A stretch of 64,000 bases of DNA from IMG/VR virus record IMGVR_UViG_3300020548_000009, positions 1 to 64,000 of that record; one strand, written 5' to 3'. A model generated the notes under the pieces. The model did not search any database. It saw nothing but the letters and a program-made list of their open reading frames with translations, and was not told where the DNA came from. Position 1 is the first letter of the stretch. Each line of letters begins with the position of its first letter. Origin of the DNA: a virus. The position numbers were made by a program, and so were the translations under genes. Shown piece by piece: positions 45,748-56,620 of the stretch.

Positions 45748-46614
45748 CTACGGATTTACTTTCGCCCAAGTCTTGTGATTGACAATGCCCGTTTCTTCCA
45801 GACCAACTTTCTTCTGGAACTCCTTCACGGCCTGTTCAGTCTTTGGACCGAAGTCGCCGTCTGTTGCGCACTTCACTCCTGCTTTGTTCAGGAGTTGCTG
45901 AAGAGTTCTTACTGCGGCGCCGCTTGAGCCGACCTGCAAAATCGGATTTGACGCCGCGTTTGCTTTTCCCCTCTTGACAGCCTCTCCACCGCTCTGCGGA
46001 GCAACGGCTGGTGTTGTGATGGGGCGAGGGGCTGCAGCAGGTTCTGCTGCTGGTGCTGCAACTTCACCTGGCTTGCACACTTCGGCAGGATTTGCGTCCA
46101 TCCATGCCTTTACGGCTTCTGGAACATCATCGCCTTTGGTATAACGAATATGCCATGGCTCTTCTGGCACCACTTCCCAACTCCAGCCAAACTTGCGACA
46201 GTTTGCAATCATCCACTTGAGGCGCTCACCACTTGCCGTATGAACGTCAACAGCCAAACCGCTATTGTGCTGAGATGTGCCTGGGGCCGCAAGGCTGGCA
46301 AGTTTTTCAGACTTCTTGTACCACTTCACGCCTTCAAATGTGCGTGTGCTATTGCCGTTCGGCTCTTTTGTATAGCGCTCAAGAAACACCTTGAGTTGTG
46401 CATCGTACGAACGATACAGGTCGCCGGCAGATGTTGGCTTAAGTTCAACGCCTTCCGCAGCAGCAGCGGCTTTGAGTGCCTTCCAAGCATTTGCGGCGAG
46501 CCAGTGCAGGCGTCCACCATCGACTTTGGAAAGAAGTCCATCTGGCAATCTTCCTGGCTTGTGTCCGGCAACATCCTTTGGTGGTGTCAGTTTGTCAATG
46601 TACAGTTCGGACAT
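45748..46614 (-). CDS. Endolysin: M15 (VanY-like) peptidase plus peptidoglycan-binding domain
   Basis: YRSY..Q, A.PGTSQH..GLAVD, EPWH; L..GS.G.AV..LQ..L...DG.FG..T..AV..FQ. Confidence 0.9.
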   Translation of the reverse strand: MSELYIDKLTPPKDVAGHKPGRLPDGLLSKVDGGRLHWLAANAWKALKAAAAAEGVELKPTSAGDLYRSYDAQLKVFLERYTKEPNGNSTRTFEGVKWYKKSEKLASLAAPGTSQHNSGLAVDVHTASGERLKWMIANCRKFGWSWEVVPEEPWHIRYTKGDDVPEAVKAWMDANPAEVCKPGEVAAPAAEPAAAPRPITTPAVAPQSGGEAVKRGKANAASNPILQVGSSGAAVRTLQQLLNKAGVKCATDGDFGPKTEQAVKEFQKKVGLEETGIVNHKTWAKVNP

Positions 46615-46624
46615 CTTCTATCTC

Positions 46625-46873
46625 CTATTGGTGTGCTGGATTTTCTTGTTCAACTTTTGCAAACACCTGGTTCACTTCATCTTCAGACAGTTTTCCGTCA
46701 GTAAGGAAAGCACGAGCCAAGCCTTCAAGAACATTCGCCACGCCGCCGATTCCTGCCATAAATACGGCCTTCTCCATTGATACGCCAGCAATGGTGCCTG
46801 CGCCAATGACTCCGAGACCGGTCACAACGAAAGTTGCGAAGATTCGCAGAATTACATTTTTGATGAGTTCCAT
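46625..46873 (-). CDS. Holin-like membrane protein
   Basis: Two hydrophobic helices, next to the endolysin. Confidence 0.6.
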   Translation of the reverse strand: MELIKNVILRIFATFVVTGLGVIGAGTIAGVSMEKAVFMAGIGGVANVLEGLARAFLTDGKLSEDEVNQVFAKVEQENPAHQ

Positions 46874-46943
46874 AATTATTCAGCCAGAGTGTGCGCCCAG
46901 CGGAGTGTTTACGCACTGAGCGCACACACCGAGGTAGCGATAC

Positions 46944-47153
46944 CTATTTCTTGGCTTCCTCCTTTTTCGCAAGGAACGAGGCAACCGACGGGTCGCCGAC
47001 CTTTGTGCTCGCCCATGCAAAAACGGCGGCAGCAAGCGGCATCAAAAGAGCCGTGAGTGTTGGGTCGACGTTGTACTTGTCGCAAAGGTAAACAACGACG
47101 CCGAGTGCGCCACCCTTAACGACTTGGTCGATTGTCTGGTTCTTCTTGTCCAT
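46944..47153 (-). CDS. Small membrane protein (holin/antiholin-like)
   Basis: Start MDKK after AAAGGAG; two hydrophobic segments. Confidence 0.55.
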   Translation of the reverse strand: MDKKNQTIDQVVKGGALGVVVYLCDKYNVDPTLTALLMPLAAAVFAWASTKVGDPSVASFLAKKEEAKK

Positions 47154-47228
47154 GATGACTCCTTTGTTAGGGCATAACGCCACTAACAGTCTCAACTAAG
47201 GAGTCGTATAGCCGGACTATGGTCCGAT

Positions 47229-49421
47229 TTATTCTGCTTTAGCCAAAAGCCTCTTCATCAAATCTTTGACAACAGATTGCTGCTCAACTTCATCACCTTC
47301 TGTAACTGCATCAACGATTTTTCTCTTTGCATCAACGAGGTCATAGATATCTTCGTCAATCGTGTCTGCGGCAAGTAGATACCACGCTTGCACATTGTTC
47401 TTTTGACCGATTCGGTGACAGCGGTCTTCTGCTTGGTCATGCTCGCCTGGCGTCCAGCCCATTTGAACAAATACAACATCTGAACCAGCAGTAAGTGTGA
47501 TACCAACTCCACCAGCCTGCAAGTTGAGAACAATCACTCGTGCTTCCTTGTCATTTTGAAAAGCGTCAACTGCGCGCTGTCGCTCTTCGAGCGTGTCGCG
47601 ACCAGAAACCCTAAAGCCTCCGTATTTGTTTGAAAGGTGGTCAACTACATCAACGTTGTGGGCGAACACAACAAGTTTGCGGTCGCATGACTCCAAGAAA
47701 GAATCAATCCACTCTTCTACCGCGTCCATCTTTGCCCACGCCGCAAGTTTTTTTAGAACCTGCGTTCTTGCCAGATGTTCAGATGAGTCTTTTGCTTTGT
47801 AGCCGTTTGCGCTTAGGAATGAGACAAGGTCATTTTCTGCATTTCTGTAGTCCTTGAATCCAGCACCGGATACATCAAGGTGAACGACATTTCGCACCTT
47901 GTCTGGAAGTTCTTGTAGCACCTCGTCTTTTGTTCTGCGGATGTAGCAGTTCTGACGGAGTTTTGTATTCAGTTCAACAAGGTTGCTGGCACCACCGGTA
48001 TCCCAGCCAAATCCATTGTGATGAGCATTTGCATACCGTTTCAGGAATGACCACTTACCACCAAAGCGACTCAGCATTCCCATAATCTCCAACTGAGATA
48101 CAAGTTCTGCTGGTCGGTTCATAACTGGAGTTCCGGACAAAAGAAGAACTGCGCCAGACCTGCTTACCGAAGCGGCAATATCTTTTGCTGCCTTGGCACG
48201 TTTTGATGTCGCATTTTTTACATAGTGCGACTCATCAAGTATCAGTCCATTTGGTTCTAGGTGCTTGATTGGCTCAACAAACTTATACAGAATGTCGTAG
48301 TTCACCACGTTCACATCACATGAAACAATATCAGTTTTCCCAGATACAACATTGACCGTTCTGTGGGGCAGCCATTTTGCAAACTCTCTGCGCCAGTTTT
48401 CCTTCAGGGATGCAGGGCACACGATGATTGCCGGGAATGCATCCTTTGATTCCAGCGTTGCAATCGCCTCAACCGTCTTGCCAAGACCCATCTGGTCAGC
48501 GATAAGACACCTTCCAACTGTTGATGCATATGCAACTCCGGCCTTTTGATAAGGCATAAGAGTTCCAGAAAGAGTGGGGATTACCACATCTGCATCGGTA
48601 GATGTGGACGCCTCAAGCAATTCAGTTTCGCGCTTTGCTGCCTTTAGCAGCGTGTCGCGCAGGGACTTGGAAATCGAAAACCCGTATTTGTCTGCAATCT
48701 CAACTGCGCTCAGCGAGGGCGGGGCTGTCCATACCCGCTTCTTTACATCCCACAAGCGACCTTGAAGTTGCTTGATTTCAGCAACAATATCTTGGTCGTA
48801 GGGAAACTCAAAGACAAGACGGCCGCTCTTTGAGACCGTTATTGTTCTGGTCGTATCTACGGTTTGTTCTTCTGCAACTATTTTCATATCATCGAATTCT
48901 TTCGTTGTGTTGAACTTGTACTGCTTTATCAAAGACGCTACCTGCTCTTTGCTTGAGAGCGGAGCCAGCCACATGCTTGCTTCTTGGTTCCATAGGGCGC
49001 CAGGTATTTTTTGTAGTTCGCCTATCAGTTGCTCATCGTACTCGCACTCAATAGCAAACACTTCGCCATTTGTTGAGACCCTATTGACTCCCTTTTGGCG
49101 AAGTTCTGACATTATTGATGTTGCATCTGCACCTAAATAATTCTTGGGTCTTGGGGGCGGAACTATTTGGTCATAGTCAATTCCATGACTTTTGAGTTGG
49201 CCAACATAACGTCCAAGAACCGTCCAGGCTATGTACGAAATTGCTGGCGACCACTTTGTGTCCGGAAGCAACGAAGCGAGCGCCCCGAAACGAGAATCTG
49301 CCTTACTGAAACCAACACCATCCTGCTGCTCTGCGCCATCGCACAGACCTGCAATTTTTCTAAATGCCGTTGCTAGTGGCTTTACATCGTAGGCATTTGT
49401 TATGCCTGGACTGTCGACCAT
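47229..49421 (-). CDS. SNF2-family helicase (SMARCAL1/HARP-like)
   Basis: ADQMGLGKT, ILDESH, LSGTP, QAEDRCHRIGQ; two N-terminal HARP-like repeats. Confidence 0.9.
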   Translation of the reverse strand: MVDSPGITNAYDVKPLATAFRKIAGLCDGAEQQDGVGFSKADSRFGALASLLPDTKWSPAISYIAWTVLGRYVGQLKSHGIDYDQIVPPPRPKNYLGADATSIMSELRQKGVNRVSTNGEVFAIECEYDEQLIGELQKIPGALWNQEASMWLAPLSSKEQVASLIKQYKFNTTKEFDDMKIVAEEQTVDTTRTITVSKSGRLVFEFPYDQDIVAEIKQLQGRLWDVKKRVWTAPPSLSAVEIADKYGFSISKSLRDTLLKAAKRETELLEASTSTDADVVIPTLSGTLMPYQKAGVAYASTVGRCLIADQMGLGKTVEAIATLESKDAFPAIIVCPASLKENWRREFAKWLPHRTVNVVSGKTDIVSCDVNVVNYDILYKFVEPIKHLEPNGLILDESHYVKNATSKRAKAAKDIAASVSRSGAVLLLSGTPVMNRPAELVSQLEIMGMLSRFGGKWSFLKRYANAHHNGFGWDTGGASNLVELNTKLRQNCYIRRTKDEVLQELPDKVRNVVHLDVSGAGFKDYRNAENDLVSFLSANGYKAKDSSEHLARTQVLKKLAAWAKMDAVEEWIDSFLESCDRKLVVFAHNVDVVDHLSNKYGGFRVSGRDTLEERQRAVDAFQNDKEARVIVLNLQAGGVGITLTAGSDVVFVQMGWTPGEHDQAEDRCHRIGQKNNVQAWYLLAADTIDEDIYDLVDAKRKIVDAVTEGDEVEQQSVVKDLMKRLLAKAE

Positions 49422-49867
49422 AGCCTGATGTCGTGCGGTTCTGCTGTGTACTCGCCCTCAAACGACGCGCGCTTGTGTTCAATAATCGCCTTGTAAAGTT
49501 TGGCGTTTTCTTCCACGAGGTCTAGCGAAGTTGTGTCGGCAAGTATCGTTTTTACTTCGGAGAGGCGCTTACTAATCCCGTTCCGGTACCGCTGGGATTT
49601 GCGGACCCACTCGTCAAACTTTTGCTTTTCTTCGTAGTAGTCATTTGCGTCTTTGATGCCGAGTTCCACATCTTTTGCCATCATGTCAATCCGGCTCTTG
49701 TGGAACACAACCTGAGACTCGCTATCTGACAAGGCTGTAATTAGCGCATGGCACCATGCCAGCCGATTTTCTTCGGCGTGAAGCCATTCAATTTCATGGT
49801 CTGTTGCCAAGCCTTTGCACTCGCGCTTGGCCATATCGAGAACATCTAGTTCTGGTTGCATTTGCAC
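49400..49867 (-). CDS. Hypothetical protein
   Basis: ORF coupled to the helicase. Confidence 0.65.
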   Translation of the reverse strand: MQMQPELDVLDMAKRECKGLATDHEIEWLHAEENRLAWCHALITALSDSESQVVFHKSRIDMMAKDVELGIKDANDYYEEKQKFDEWVRKSQRYRNGISKRLSEVKTILADTTSLDLVEENAKLYKAIIEHKRASFEGEYTAEPHDIRLWSTVQA

Positions 49868-49910
49868 CTCTTTGGGTTGGGGGTATTCGGTGCGCTTAGT
49901 CTAGCGTCAA

Positions 49911-52604
49911 TCAGCCTTCTTCAGGCTCTTTCATGTGCAAATACATGGCGGCGGCGATTGCCAGAACTGTTGATACTCCAGCAATTCTCTGAATAGGCCC
50001 AGACAAAGTTAAATACACAACAAGTGAGCCAGCAATCGTAAAGCCCATGTTGAGCAAGCCGTAGACGAACTTCTTGATAAATGCTTTCCAGTTCATAACC
50101 TTCACCCCATTTACATATCTGTAAATACTTATACTCTTAATCCAATCCAGACCGTCGCCGGCAATTTCGCCAGCAGCCTCAGATTCTTCCTCTTCATTCC
50201 GTCTAGTGGCTGTGTCTTGCTTTGTAGTCGGAGAAGAACCGCTAGGGCCACCGGAACCACCGGAACTTGGCCCGATTGGACCACTGGCGCTCAGCGCGGC
50301 TGCGGATGCCGTGAGCAGGCTTGCGGCAACGACGGTACGACGCTGTCCAACATCGATGGTTTGGCCCAGCATCGTGTAATTATCAAATGCACCCTGGAAT
50401 AGGTCCACAACCTCTTCAAACACCCCTCTAATGGCTTCTGGAGCGCTCTGGACGGCCTCTACGACTGCCTCTGCCTGCTCATCGCTAAGGCTTTCTGCGG
50501 ATACCTGCTCAAAGACCGCCTCTGCTTGGGAGGAATCTATGGACTCAAGTACGGCTGCGCTAGAGGCCAACTCTGCAGCCACCGAGGAATCAACACCAGC
50601 GCTTAAGACCGCCTCAACCACAGCGACAATCTTCTCCTTTTCTTCCTCTGTGAGTTCTTCAACTGGCTTGTCTTCTGAAATTGAGTCAAGAATGGCCCCT
50701 ACGACGGCGACCAATTCCTCTTCGTCAGTGATTGATTCTAGAACTTCCCCAACAGCCTCAATGATTTCTTCCGCCGAAGCATCATCATTAAGAACTGCAT
50801 CTAGTTCCTCAACTATTTCTGTTACAGTTTCATCTTGTGGGGATTCTGATTCTGTTTGGCTTTCTTGGTTTTCTGGTTCTGTCGTCTGTGGCTCTTCTTG
50901 CTGTCCTGCTTCTTCATCAAGTGGAAGAGTTTGCTCCTCATCAGGCTGAGTCTCAATCGGAGTAGTCGTTGCTGTTTCGTCTTCTTCTTGAGGCGGTAAA
51001 GTCGTGGGTGTCGTTACTGAAGGCTCTTCGTCTTCATCGGGAAGAGTCGTATCAGTCTCATCAGGCACAGTCGTTCCAGGCTCGGTCTCTTCTGGCTCAG
51101 GAACAGTGGTTGTCGGGGGAGGCGTTGTCTCCACGGGAGGAACAGTCGTCGTGGTCTGAGGGGCGACATAAACAGTCGTAGTTGTCGTAGTTGTGGTTGT
51201 AGTAGTTGTAGTTGAATTCGGGTCAATAACAGTTGCATCAACAGTTACTTCGGGTCCGTATACACACGGACCTACGCCTTCGCCAGAGAAGCAACTTTGA
51301 TTTCCCGCTTTAATGCCAAAGCGCACAGGTCCAAATCCAGTAGTTACGGGGTTGCTTCCAGAAAACATTCCAGTACTTAGCGAGTAGTTGGTGCCTTGGT
51401 TAGTCCACACACCCCAGCCACCTGACGTTGTTCCGCCAATTTCATCAAGGTCGTAAAAACTAACTGAGTAGCCGTAGACATTTAAGTTGCTTGATGCTGG
51501 AGCATCCCAGTCAAGGTCTATGCTTCCATCTGCGTTTGCTACAGCAGTGAGATTTGTGACTGCGTTGTAATATGGCGCAACCGTCGTTGTTGTAGTCGGC
51601 GGAACAGTAGTAGTTGTGGAAGTAGTCGTAGTTGTAGTCGTTTCAATTGCAGGGGCAGTTTCATTATTTGGCTGCACGCCACCAAATGTTGTGCAATTGC
51701 TTCCATCTGTGGCGCAACGATTTGTTACGCCAGCCGTATCATCAATCATTAACACTGGAGACAATGCGGTGTCGCCAAGGTTGAAAGATGCAAATCCAAG
51801 TTTGTATGTTCCGGTTACGGAAACTTCATAAGTGGAGGTTTGCCAGCCAGTTGAACCGTATGAATTAACCGAGTAGTCGCCAGTTCCTGGATTTGTAAAT
51901 CCCAAAAGTGCATACTGTGCTGTGTAGTTGTTAACTTTTATTACTGGAGTTGACCCAACCGTCACCGGAACAAGGGAAGTTATCGAGCCGTCGTTAAATG
52001 GAACATAGTCAGTACCGACATAGTTCCAGGACATCGTGTATGTAACATCTGCCGTCAACTCGACTTCTTTGGTAATCCAAGCAGCATTGGTTGGATTTGG
52101 GCTTCCGTTGCCGGATGCCTGTGCATCTGCTATCAATTCATTTTGTATTGCTGTTTGCGGTGAGCCGGACAAGCCGAGTGCTGACATTGCGGCCGAAAAG
52201 GTTGCCTCGTTATTCTTTGGCTGCAGTAAAGCAGCGTATGAATTGTTGTTTGGAGAAAATGTCCAACTTCCTGCTGCAACAGCAGGCGCATAATACTTAT
52301 TTGGCTGACCGTTTACCGTTGGACTGCCCATCGCGCCGTGGGGGCCATGCGTAAATGTTCTGGAACCGTTAAAAACAGAAACACCTGTTCCATTTCCGTT
52401 AATGGATGCACCAAGAGTCCCAGTCTGTGAGCCTTTGTCCCACCCAGTTAGGTTGCCAGCCTCAAATCCAGCACCTTGTATCGATTGTGATGGTATTCCA
52501 GTTGAATCTGCTACGGCCGGATACACGCCTATCAGCGCAATAAGAAGGGACACCGGGCCAAGAATGCGGGCAAGTGCTTTTCGGTGGCGGTTCAGCGTAG
52601 ACAT
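49911..52604 (-). CDS. Large secreted/membrane-anchored protein with Fn3-like domain, poly-Thr linkers and acidic stalk
   Basis: Signal peptide (..AVA-D), Thr runs, two C-terminal TM helices. Confidence 0.75.
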   Translation of the reverse strand: MSTLNRHRKALARILGPVSLLIALIGVYPAVADSTGIPSQSIQGAGFEAGNLTGWDKGSQTGTLGASINGNGTGVSVFNGSRTFTHGPHGAMGSPTVNGQPNKYYAPAVAAGSWTFSPNNNSYAALLQPKNNEATFSAAMSALGLSGSPQTAIQNELIADAQASGNGSPNPTNAAWITKEVELTADVTYTMSWNYVGTDYVPFNDGSITSLVPVTVGSTPVIKVNNYTAQYALLGFTNPGTGDYSVNSYGSTGWQTSTYEVSVTGTYKLGFASFNLGDTALSPVLMIDDTAGVTNRCATDGSNCTTFGGVQPNNETAPAIETTTTTTTSTTTTVPPTTTTTVAPYYNAVTNLTAVANADGSIDLDWDAPASSNLNVYGYSVSFYDLDEIGGTTSGGWGVWTNQGTNYSLSTGMFSGSNPVTTGFGPVRFGIKAGNQSCFSGEGVGPCVYGPEVTVDATVIDPNSTTTTTTTTTTTTTVYVAPQTTTTVPPVETTPPPTTTVPEPEETEPGTTVPDETDTTLPDEDEEPSVTTPTTLPPQEEDETATTTPIETQPDEEQTLPLDEEAGQQEEPQTTEPENQESQTESESPQDETVTEIVEELDAVLNDDASAEEIIEAVGEVLESITDEEELVAVVGAILDSISEDKPVEELTEEEKEKIVAVVEAVLSAGVDSSVAAELASSAAVLESIDSSQAEAVFEQVSAESLSDEQAEAVVEAVQSAPEAIRGVFEEVVDLFQGAFDNYTMLGQTIDVGQRRTVVAASLLTASAAALSASGPIGPSSGGSGGPSGSSPTTKQDTATRRNEEEESEAAGEIAGDGLDWIKSISIYRYVNGVKVMNWKAFIKKFVYGLLNMGFTIAGSLVVYLTLSGPIQRIAGVSTVLAIAAAMYLHMKEPEEG

Positions 52605-52669
52605 TTTGCAACAAAGTTATGTTGCAAAAACAAATAGTCTTCATAAGACCCAGTACCTGTATAGGCAAA

Positions 52670-53764
52670 CTACAAACTACTTATTTCCTTAAACACAGAC
52701 ACCCATTCCGGTCCAGTCTTTGACATAGTAAATTCTTTTTCAATAATCTTGTTTATCTTTTTTGACTCTTCTTCGCGTACCTTGAACTTCATAAGTTCAT
52801 CAAAATGACCTATCCAATCGGCATCGCATTTTGCAATTCTTCCAACTCCCATCGATGAGAGATACTCATATTCCGGCAAAGCAGAAGCAACAAAAGGTAT
52901 TCCAGAGGCGGCATACTCAACGCCTTTGATAAAGGATTTTGCCCTATTAAACGGAATATCATTTAGCGGTACTACACCGATGTCAAATTTTGCGTGGGCG
53001 TCCTGCATTTCAAACAGTGGAACCATTCCGCTAACTGTGCAGTTCTTGGGATTTATGCCAAGCCTCAAGTATGCCGCTGGAGCCCATATCAGGTGGCCTG
53101 CGTGATGAAATTTTATTTTATTTTTTTCCAAGTACGAATCCAAGAAAGGTTGCATTACCTCAAGGTCCATTGACCGCCACGGTGTAGCGCCAAGCCAGCC
53201 GATTACTGGCGCTCTGTTAACCGCTTTTAAGCGCTTAAATGAATTGTTCTGTATGGCGTTGCGAACCATAAATATTGGCTTTGACGGATACTTCTTTGAA
53301 AAGTAATCGCGTATAAATGGGGTTGAGCAAATTAGCGCATCAGAGACTTTGATTATCTCTGCGTATATTTCTCTATTGTTATCTTTGTTGGAATTTGGCG
53401 AACTGGATTGATATGCCAAATTGGTTGAATGCAGTTCGTCATAAAGGTCATCTATGTCAACAACTATCTTTTGACCACGTGACTGTGCCTTTGGAATTCG
53501 CTCAAGAACTTCCTTTGACATAATAACTTTCAACACAATAATATTGTTGTTGTTAGAAAAACTTTTATTCAATCTTTTGATTGCAAACTCTCCATTTGGT
53601 TTTACTGACAAAAATCCAAAAGCAGATGCAGCGCCAGCAAGATTTAACTGCTGCGACGGAAGTATGGACCGATACCAAGTGCACCCATTTGGAACATGCT
53701 GGCCGTCAACGACTGACCAGTCAAGAGATGCAAATCCAACATTCATTTTGGATAATTTGTTCAT
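52670..53764 (-). CDS. Glycosyltransferase (GT-B, GT4-like)
   Basis: VVDIDD, DIGVVPL..IPFN.AKS.IK..EY...GIP. Confidence 0.85.
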   Translation of the reverse strand: MNKLSKMNVGFASLDWSVVDGQHVPNGCTWYRSILPSQQLNLAGAASAFGFLSVKPNGEFAIKRLNKSFSNNNNIIVLKVIMSKEVLERIPKAQSRGQKIVVDIDDLYDELHSTNLAYQSSSPNSNKDNNREIYAEIIKVSDALICSTPFIRDYFSKKYPSKPIFMVRNAIQNNSFKRLKAVNRAPVIGWLGATPWRSMDLEVMQPFLDSYLEKNKIKFHHAGHLIWAPAAYLRLGINPKNCTVSGMVPLFEMQDAHAKFDIGVVPLNDIPFNRAKSFIKGVEYAASGIPFVASALPEYEYLSSMGVGRIAKCDADWIGHFDELMKFKVREEESKKINKIIEKEFTMSKTGPEWVSVFKEISSL

Positions 53765-54874
53765 TTACTTGATGTCCATAATATTCATGAATACGTTTTC
53801 CCATTCTTTTGCAATGACGTCCATAGAGAATTGTTCTTTAAGTATTTCTTGAGAAACTTCTGCTTCATCATTTCGCATATTGTGATTCAGTAACTCATCA
53901 AAATGGTAAAGCCAATCCGACTCTGAATAGGCTACTCTCCCAATACCGCTTTGGGCAAGGACTTCGTATTCCGGCGAATAAGAAGCAACAAAAGGTATTC
54001 CTGCCGCCGCATACTCAAGGCCCTTCAGGTAGGACTTGGCATGATTGAACGGAATATTGTTCAGGGGAACAATGCCGATATCTATTTTCTTAAAAAGTTC
54101 TGGCAAGTTGAGTATTGGAATCATTCCTTGTGTCGTTGACTTATCACTTGGAGCCCCAATAAGTTCAGATGCTTTTTGCGCGCCGTCTATGTGGCCCGAA
54201 TGGTGAAAGGTCAACTTATTTCGCAAGAGATAATCTCCAAAAAAGCCACTTAGTTGCTCCAGGTCATTGCCCCTCCATGGAGTTGCCCCGACCCATCCAA
54301 TAACCGGTTTTTTGTAAAAGTGCTTTTTCTTCTTCCATCTACCCAGGTCAATTCCATTTCTAACCATAAATATCGGCTTCGATGGGTATTTGAGTTTGTA
54401 TTGCTCATATAGAAATGGAGTTGAACAAATGAGGGCGTGGGCTCTATTAATTACTGAAAAGTAGATATCTCTGTTGTTCTCTTTATTTGTTTCTGGATTT
54501 GTAGTTTCAAATGCCCTATTTGATTCCGGCAAGCCGTCAAACCAGTCATCGATATCTACAACAATCTTTTGCCCGCTTGACTCTGCTTTTTCAATTGCGG
54601 TCAAGTTGGATATGTGCATGGCAAGTTTGAACACGATTATGTTGAGTCCACTTGCCGTTCCTTCTTGTGAATAAAGTGGCTTTCGTATACCTATGCCTAT
54701 TTCTCCGCTAGAAGATGATGCAACAGTTCCGACAACAGCACCATGTCCAAACTTTTGAAGTTCTTTTAGCGGGAGCACACACCTATACCAAGTGCATCCA
54801 TTTGGGATTAGCAGTTCTCCAACTTTGGACCAGTCCTGAGAAGCAAACCCGACAGAAAACTTAGACACATTCAC
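53765..54874 (-). CDS. Glycosyltransferase (paralog of 52670-53764)
   Basis: Same motifs; clearly similar end to end. Confidence 0.85.
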   Translation of the reverse strand: MNVSKFSVGFASQDWSKVGELLIPNGCTWYRCVLPLKELQKFGHGAVVGTVASSSSGEIGIGIRKPLYSQEGTASGLNIIVFKLAMHISNLTAIEKAESSGQKIVVDIDDWFDGLPESNRAFETTNPETNKENNRDIYFSVINRAHALICSTPFLYEQYKLKYPSKPIFMVRNGIDLGRWKKKKHFYKKPVIGWVGATPWRGNDLEQLSGFFGDYLLRNKLTFHHSGHIDGAQKASELIGAPSDKSTTQGMIPILNLPELFKKIDIGIVPLNNIPFNHAKSYLKGLEYAAAGIPFVASYSPEYEVLAQSGIGRVAYSESDWLYHFDELLNHNMRNDEAEVSQEILKEQFSMDVIAKEWENVFMNIMDIK

Positions 54875-54881
54875 AATGTAA

Positions 54882-55751
54882 CTATTTTGTATCTAAACCA
54901 ATGACAAAGTAATGTCCACCACCTAAATGGTCCGGCACATTTACTGGCGAAGCAAACACGTTACCGACTGGAATATGTCGATTCTCAAGGTTGCCATGCG
55001 TAAGTTTGGATGCATCTTCCCTGAGATTTTTTACCCACTTGATTGAATCGAGTTCCGATGTTTTTTGACTTGGGGATGGTGTTGATTCGTTCCTGCCTTG
55101 GGCAAACCAAGACAGATACGCATAACGAACACCTTGGATAACTGGCTTTATGCTGTGGCAGCCAGCATAAGAAGATGGGTACATGAGAATGTCTCCCACC
55201 TTTGGCTTGAATTCAATACCCCAAGGTGCATAAGAGACCTCTCCTCCAACATAATCATCATTGAGGATGACCGCTGCGGTGACAGTATTACAGATAGGGA
55301 AGGACGAAAGCGGAGTTGCGTTGTCTTCACCGTATGGCAAATCGCAGTCCGAGTGAGGTCCTATTCCTTGACCCTCTTCATATCTGATGAAATAACCTCT
55401 TGTTCTCCATCGAATTGAATTAATCACTACCGGGAATAGCGCAGCATACTGAACCATGCTTTGATAAAGGGCATTTTCCAACGAAAGAATGAAATCAACA
55501 TGCTCTTTCGGCATGTCCTGATAAAGATAATTGTTGTACCTTATTGGAGCAGATTGGATGTCTTCATCTGAATATTCGTATAAACCGTTGTTTAGTTTTA
55601 CATCTTTCGATATTGGCGATTCCGTGTACCCTTGAGGCAGTGTATTTTTTTCAATACCACTCATTACCTCTTTAAATAAATCTTGATTTATCAAAGACAA
55701 GTTTCCAAATTGGACAATTCCTGAGCCGTGATGATGGATGTTCATTACCAA
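54882..55751 (-). CDS. 2OG-Fe(II) oxygenase (P4H-like)
   Basis: HSD, LNDDYVGGE, H.I.PV..G.RY. Confidence 0.85.
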   Translation of the reverse strand: MVMNIHHHGSGIVQFGNLSLINQDLFKEVMSGIEKNTLPQGYTESPISKDVKLNNGLYEYSDEDIQSAPIRYNNYLYQDMPKEHVDFILSLENALYQSMVQYAALFPVVINSIRWRTRGYFIRYEEGQGIGPHSDCDLPYGEDNATPLSSFPICNTVTAAVILNDDYVGGEVSYAPWGIEFKPKVGDILMYPSSYAGCHSIKPVIQGVRYAYLSWFAQGRNESTPSPSQKTSELDSIKWVKNLREDASKLTHGNLENRHIPVGNVFASPVNVPDHLGGGHYFVIGLDTK

Positions 55752-56620
55752 ATCCTTGATACGAGTGTGTGTAGGTGAGAACTGCCAGATGGGTCTTTTT
55801 TGTTGGCAAAAGCCAAAACATCCTCACGGAGTGAAGGCATGTACACATTAGTGGCCGATGAGTTAACCGAAGGGTCCACTACATATTCTCCAACTGCCTG
55901 ATTTGGCGTTCCGTGCGCATACCAGCCCAAGTACGAGTACCTGTGCCCTCCAGTGACGGTTCTCACTTCGTGTCCTGCAACATAGTTGGAAGGAAACATC
56001 AGCACGTCACCCTTTTGTGGCTTGTATGTTATGTTCAAATAATTAAAGTGATGGTGGCCGCCAGTAAAGTTTTTTCCGTCTAATTCTTCTTCTGTATCAA
56101 CGCAATCGTTGAGATAAATCAAACATGAAACACTGTTTCTTGTGGCCAACTGTTGCTTTGGGTGGTCAAAACCATATGCATAGTCGGCACTCGTATCGCT
56201 ATGAATCCCCAAGTAAAGTCCGCCCTTTGTTGGCGAATAAGAAACGAAATGCCCCTTAACTTTCCACCACACAACCTTGTAGGCCAACGGATATTCCCAA
56301 AAATAATGAAGCAGGCATTCATCTCTTGTTGATTCAAGCGCGTTAAGCAAGTTGACAACATCGGCATCATTTGATTGGTGCGCCACCGAGCATCTGCGGG
56401 GCATGTCGCCTGCTGCGTCTTCGGAATAGATATAGTCGCTTTTGTTTGAAAGAATCTTTTCGCCAGTTTCTGGGTCTATTGCCGGCTTGTACATTGATGG
56501 CGAATCAAGGTCTACCAGTTCCTCGGCAATATCAAATACCGAGTCCCAATCCAGGGAGATTGCGTTCTTGAACAAAACTACGCCACCGCCCAAGTTCTCT
56601 ATCAAGCAATTGCTATTCAT
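55745..56620 (-). CDS. 2OG-Fe(II) oxygenase
   Basis: HSD, YLND, FPSNY..HEV..V..G.RY. Confidence 0.85.
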   Translation of the reverse strand: MNSNCLIENLGGGVVLFKNAISLDWDSVFDIAEELVDLDSPSMYKPAIDPETGEKILSNKSDYIYSEDAAGDMPRRCSVAHQSNDADVVNLLNALESTRDECLLHYFWEYPLAYKVVWWKVKGHFVSYSPTKGGLYLGIHSDTSADYAYGFDHPKQQLATRNSVSCLIYLNDCVDTEEELDGKNFTGGHHHFNYLNITYKPQKGDVLMFPSNYVAGHEVRTVTGGHRYSYLGWYAHGTPNQAVGEYVVDPSVNSSATNVYMPSLREDVLAFANKKDPSGSSHLHTLVSRIW

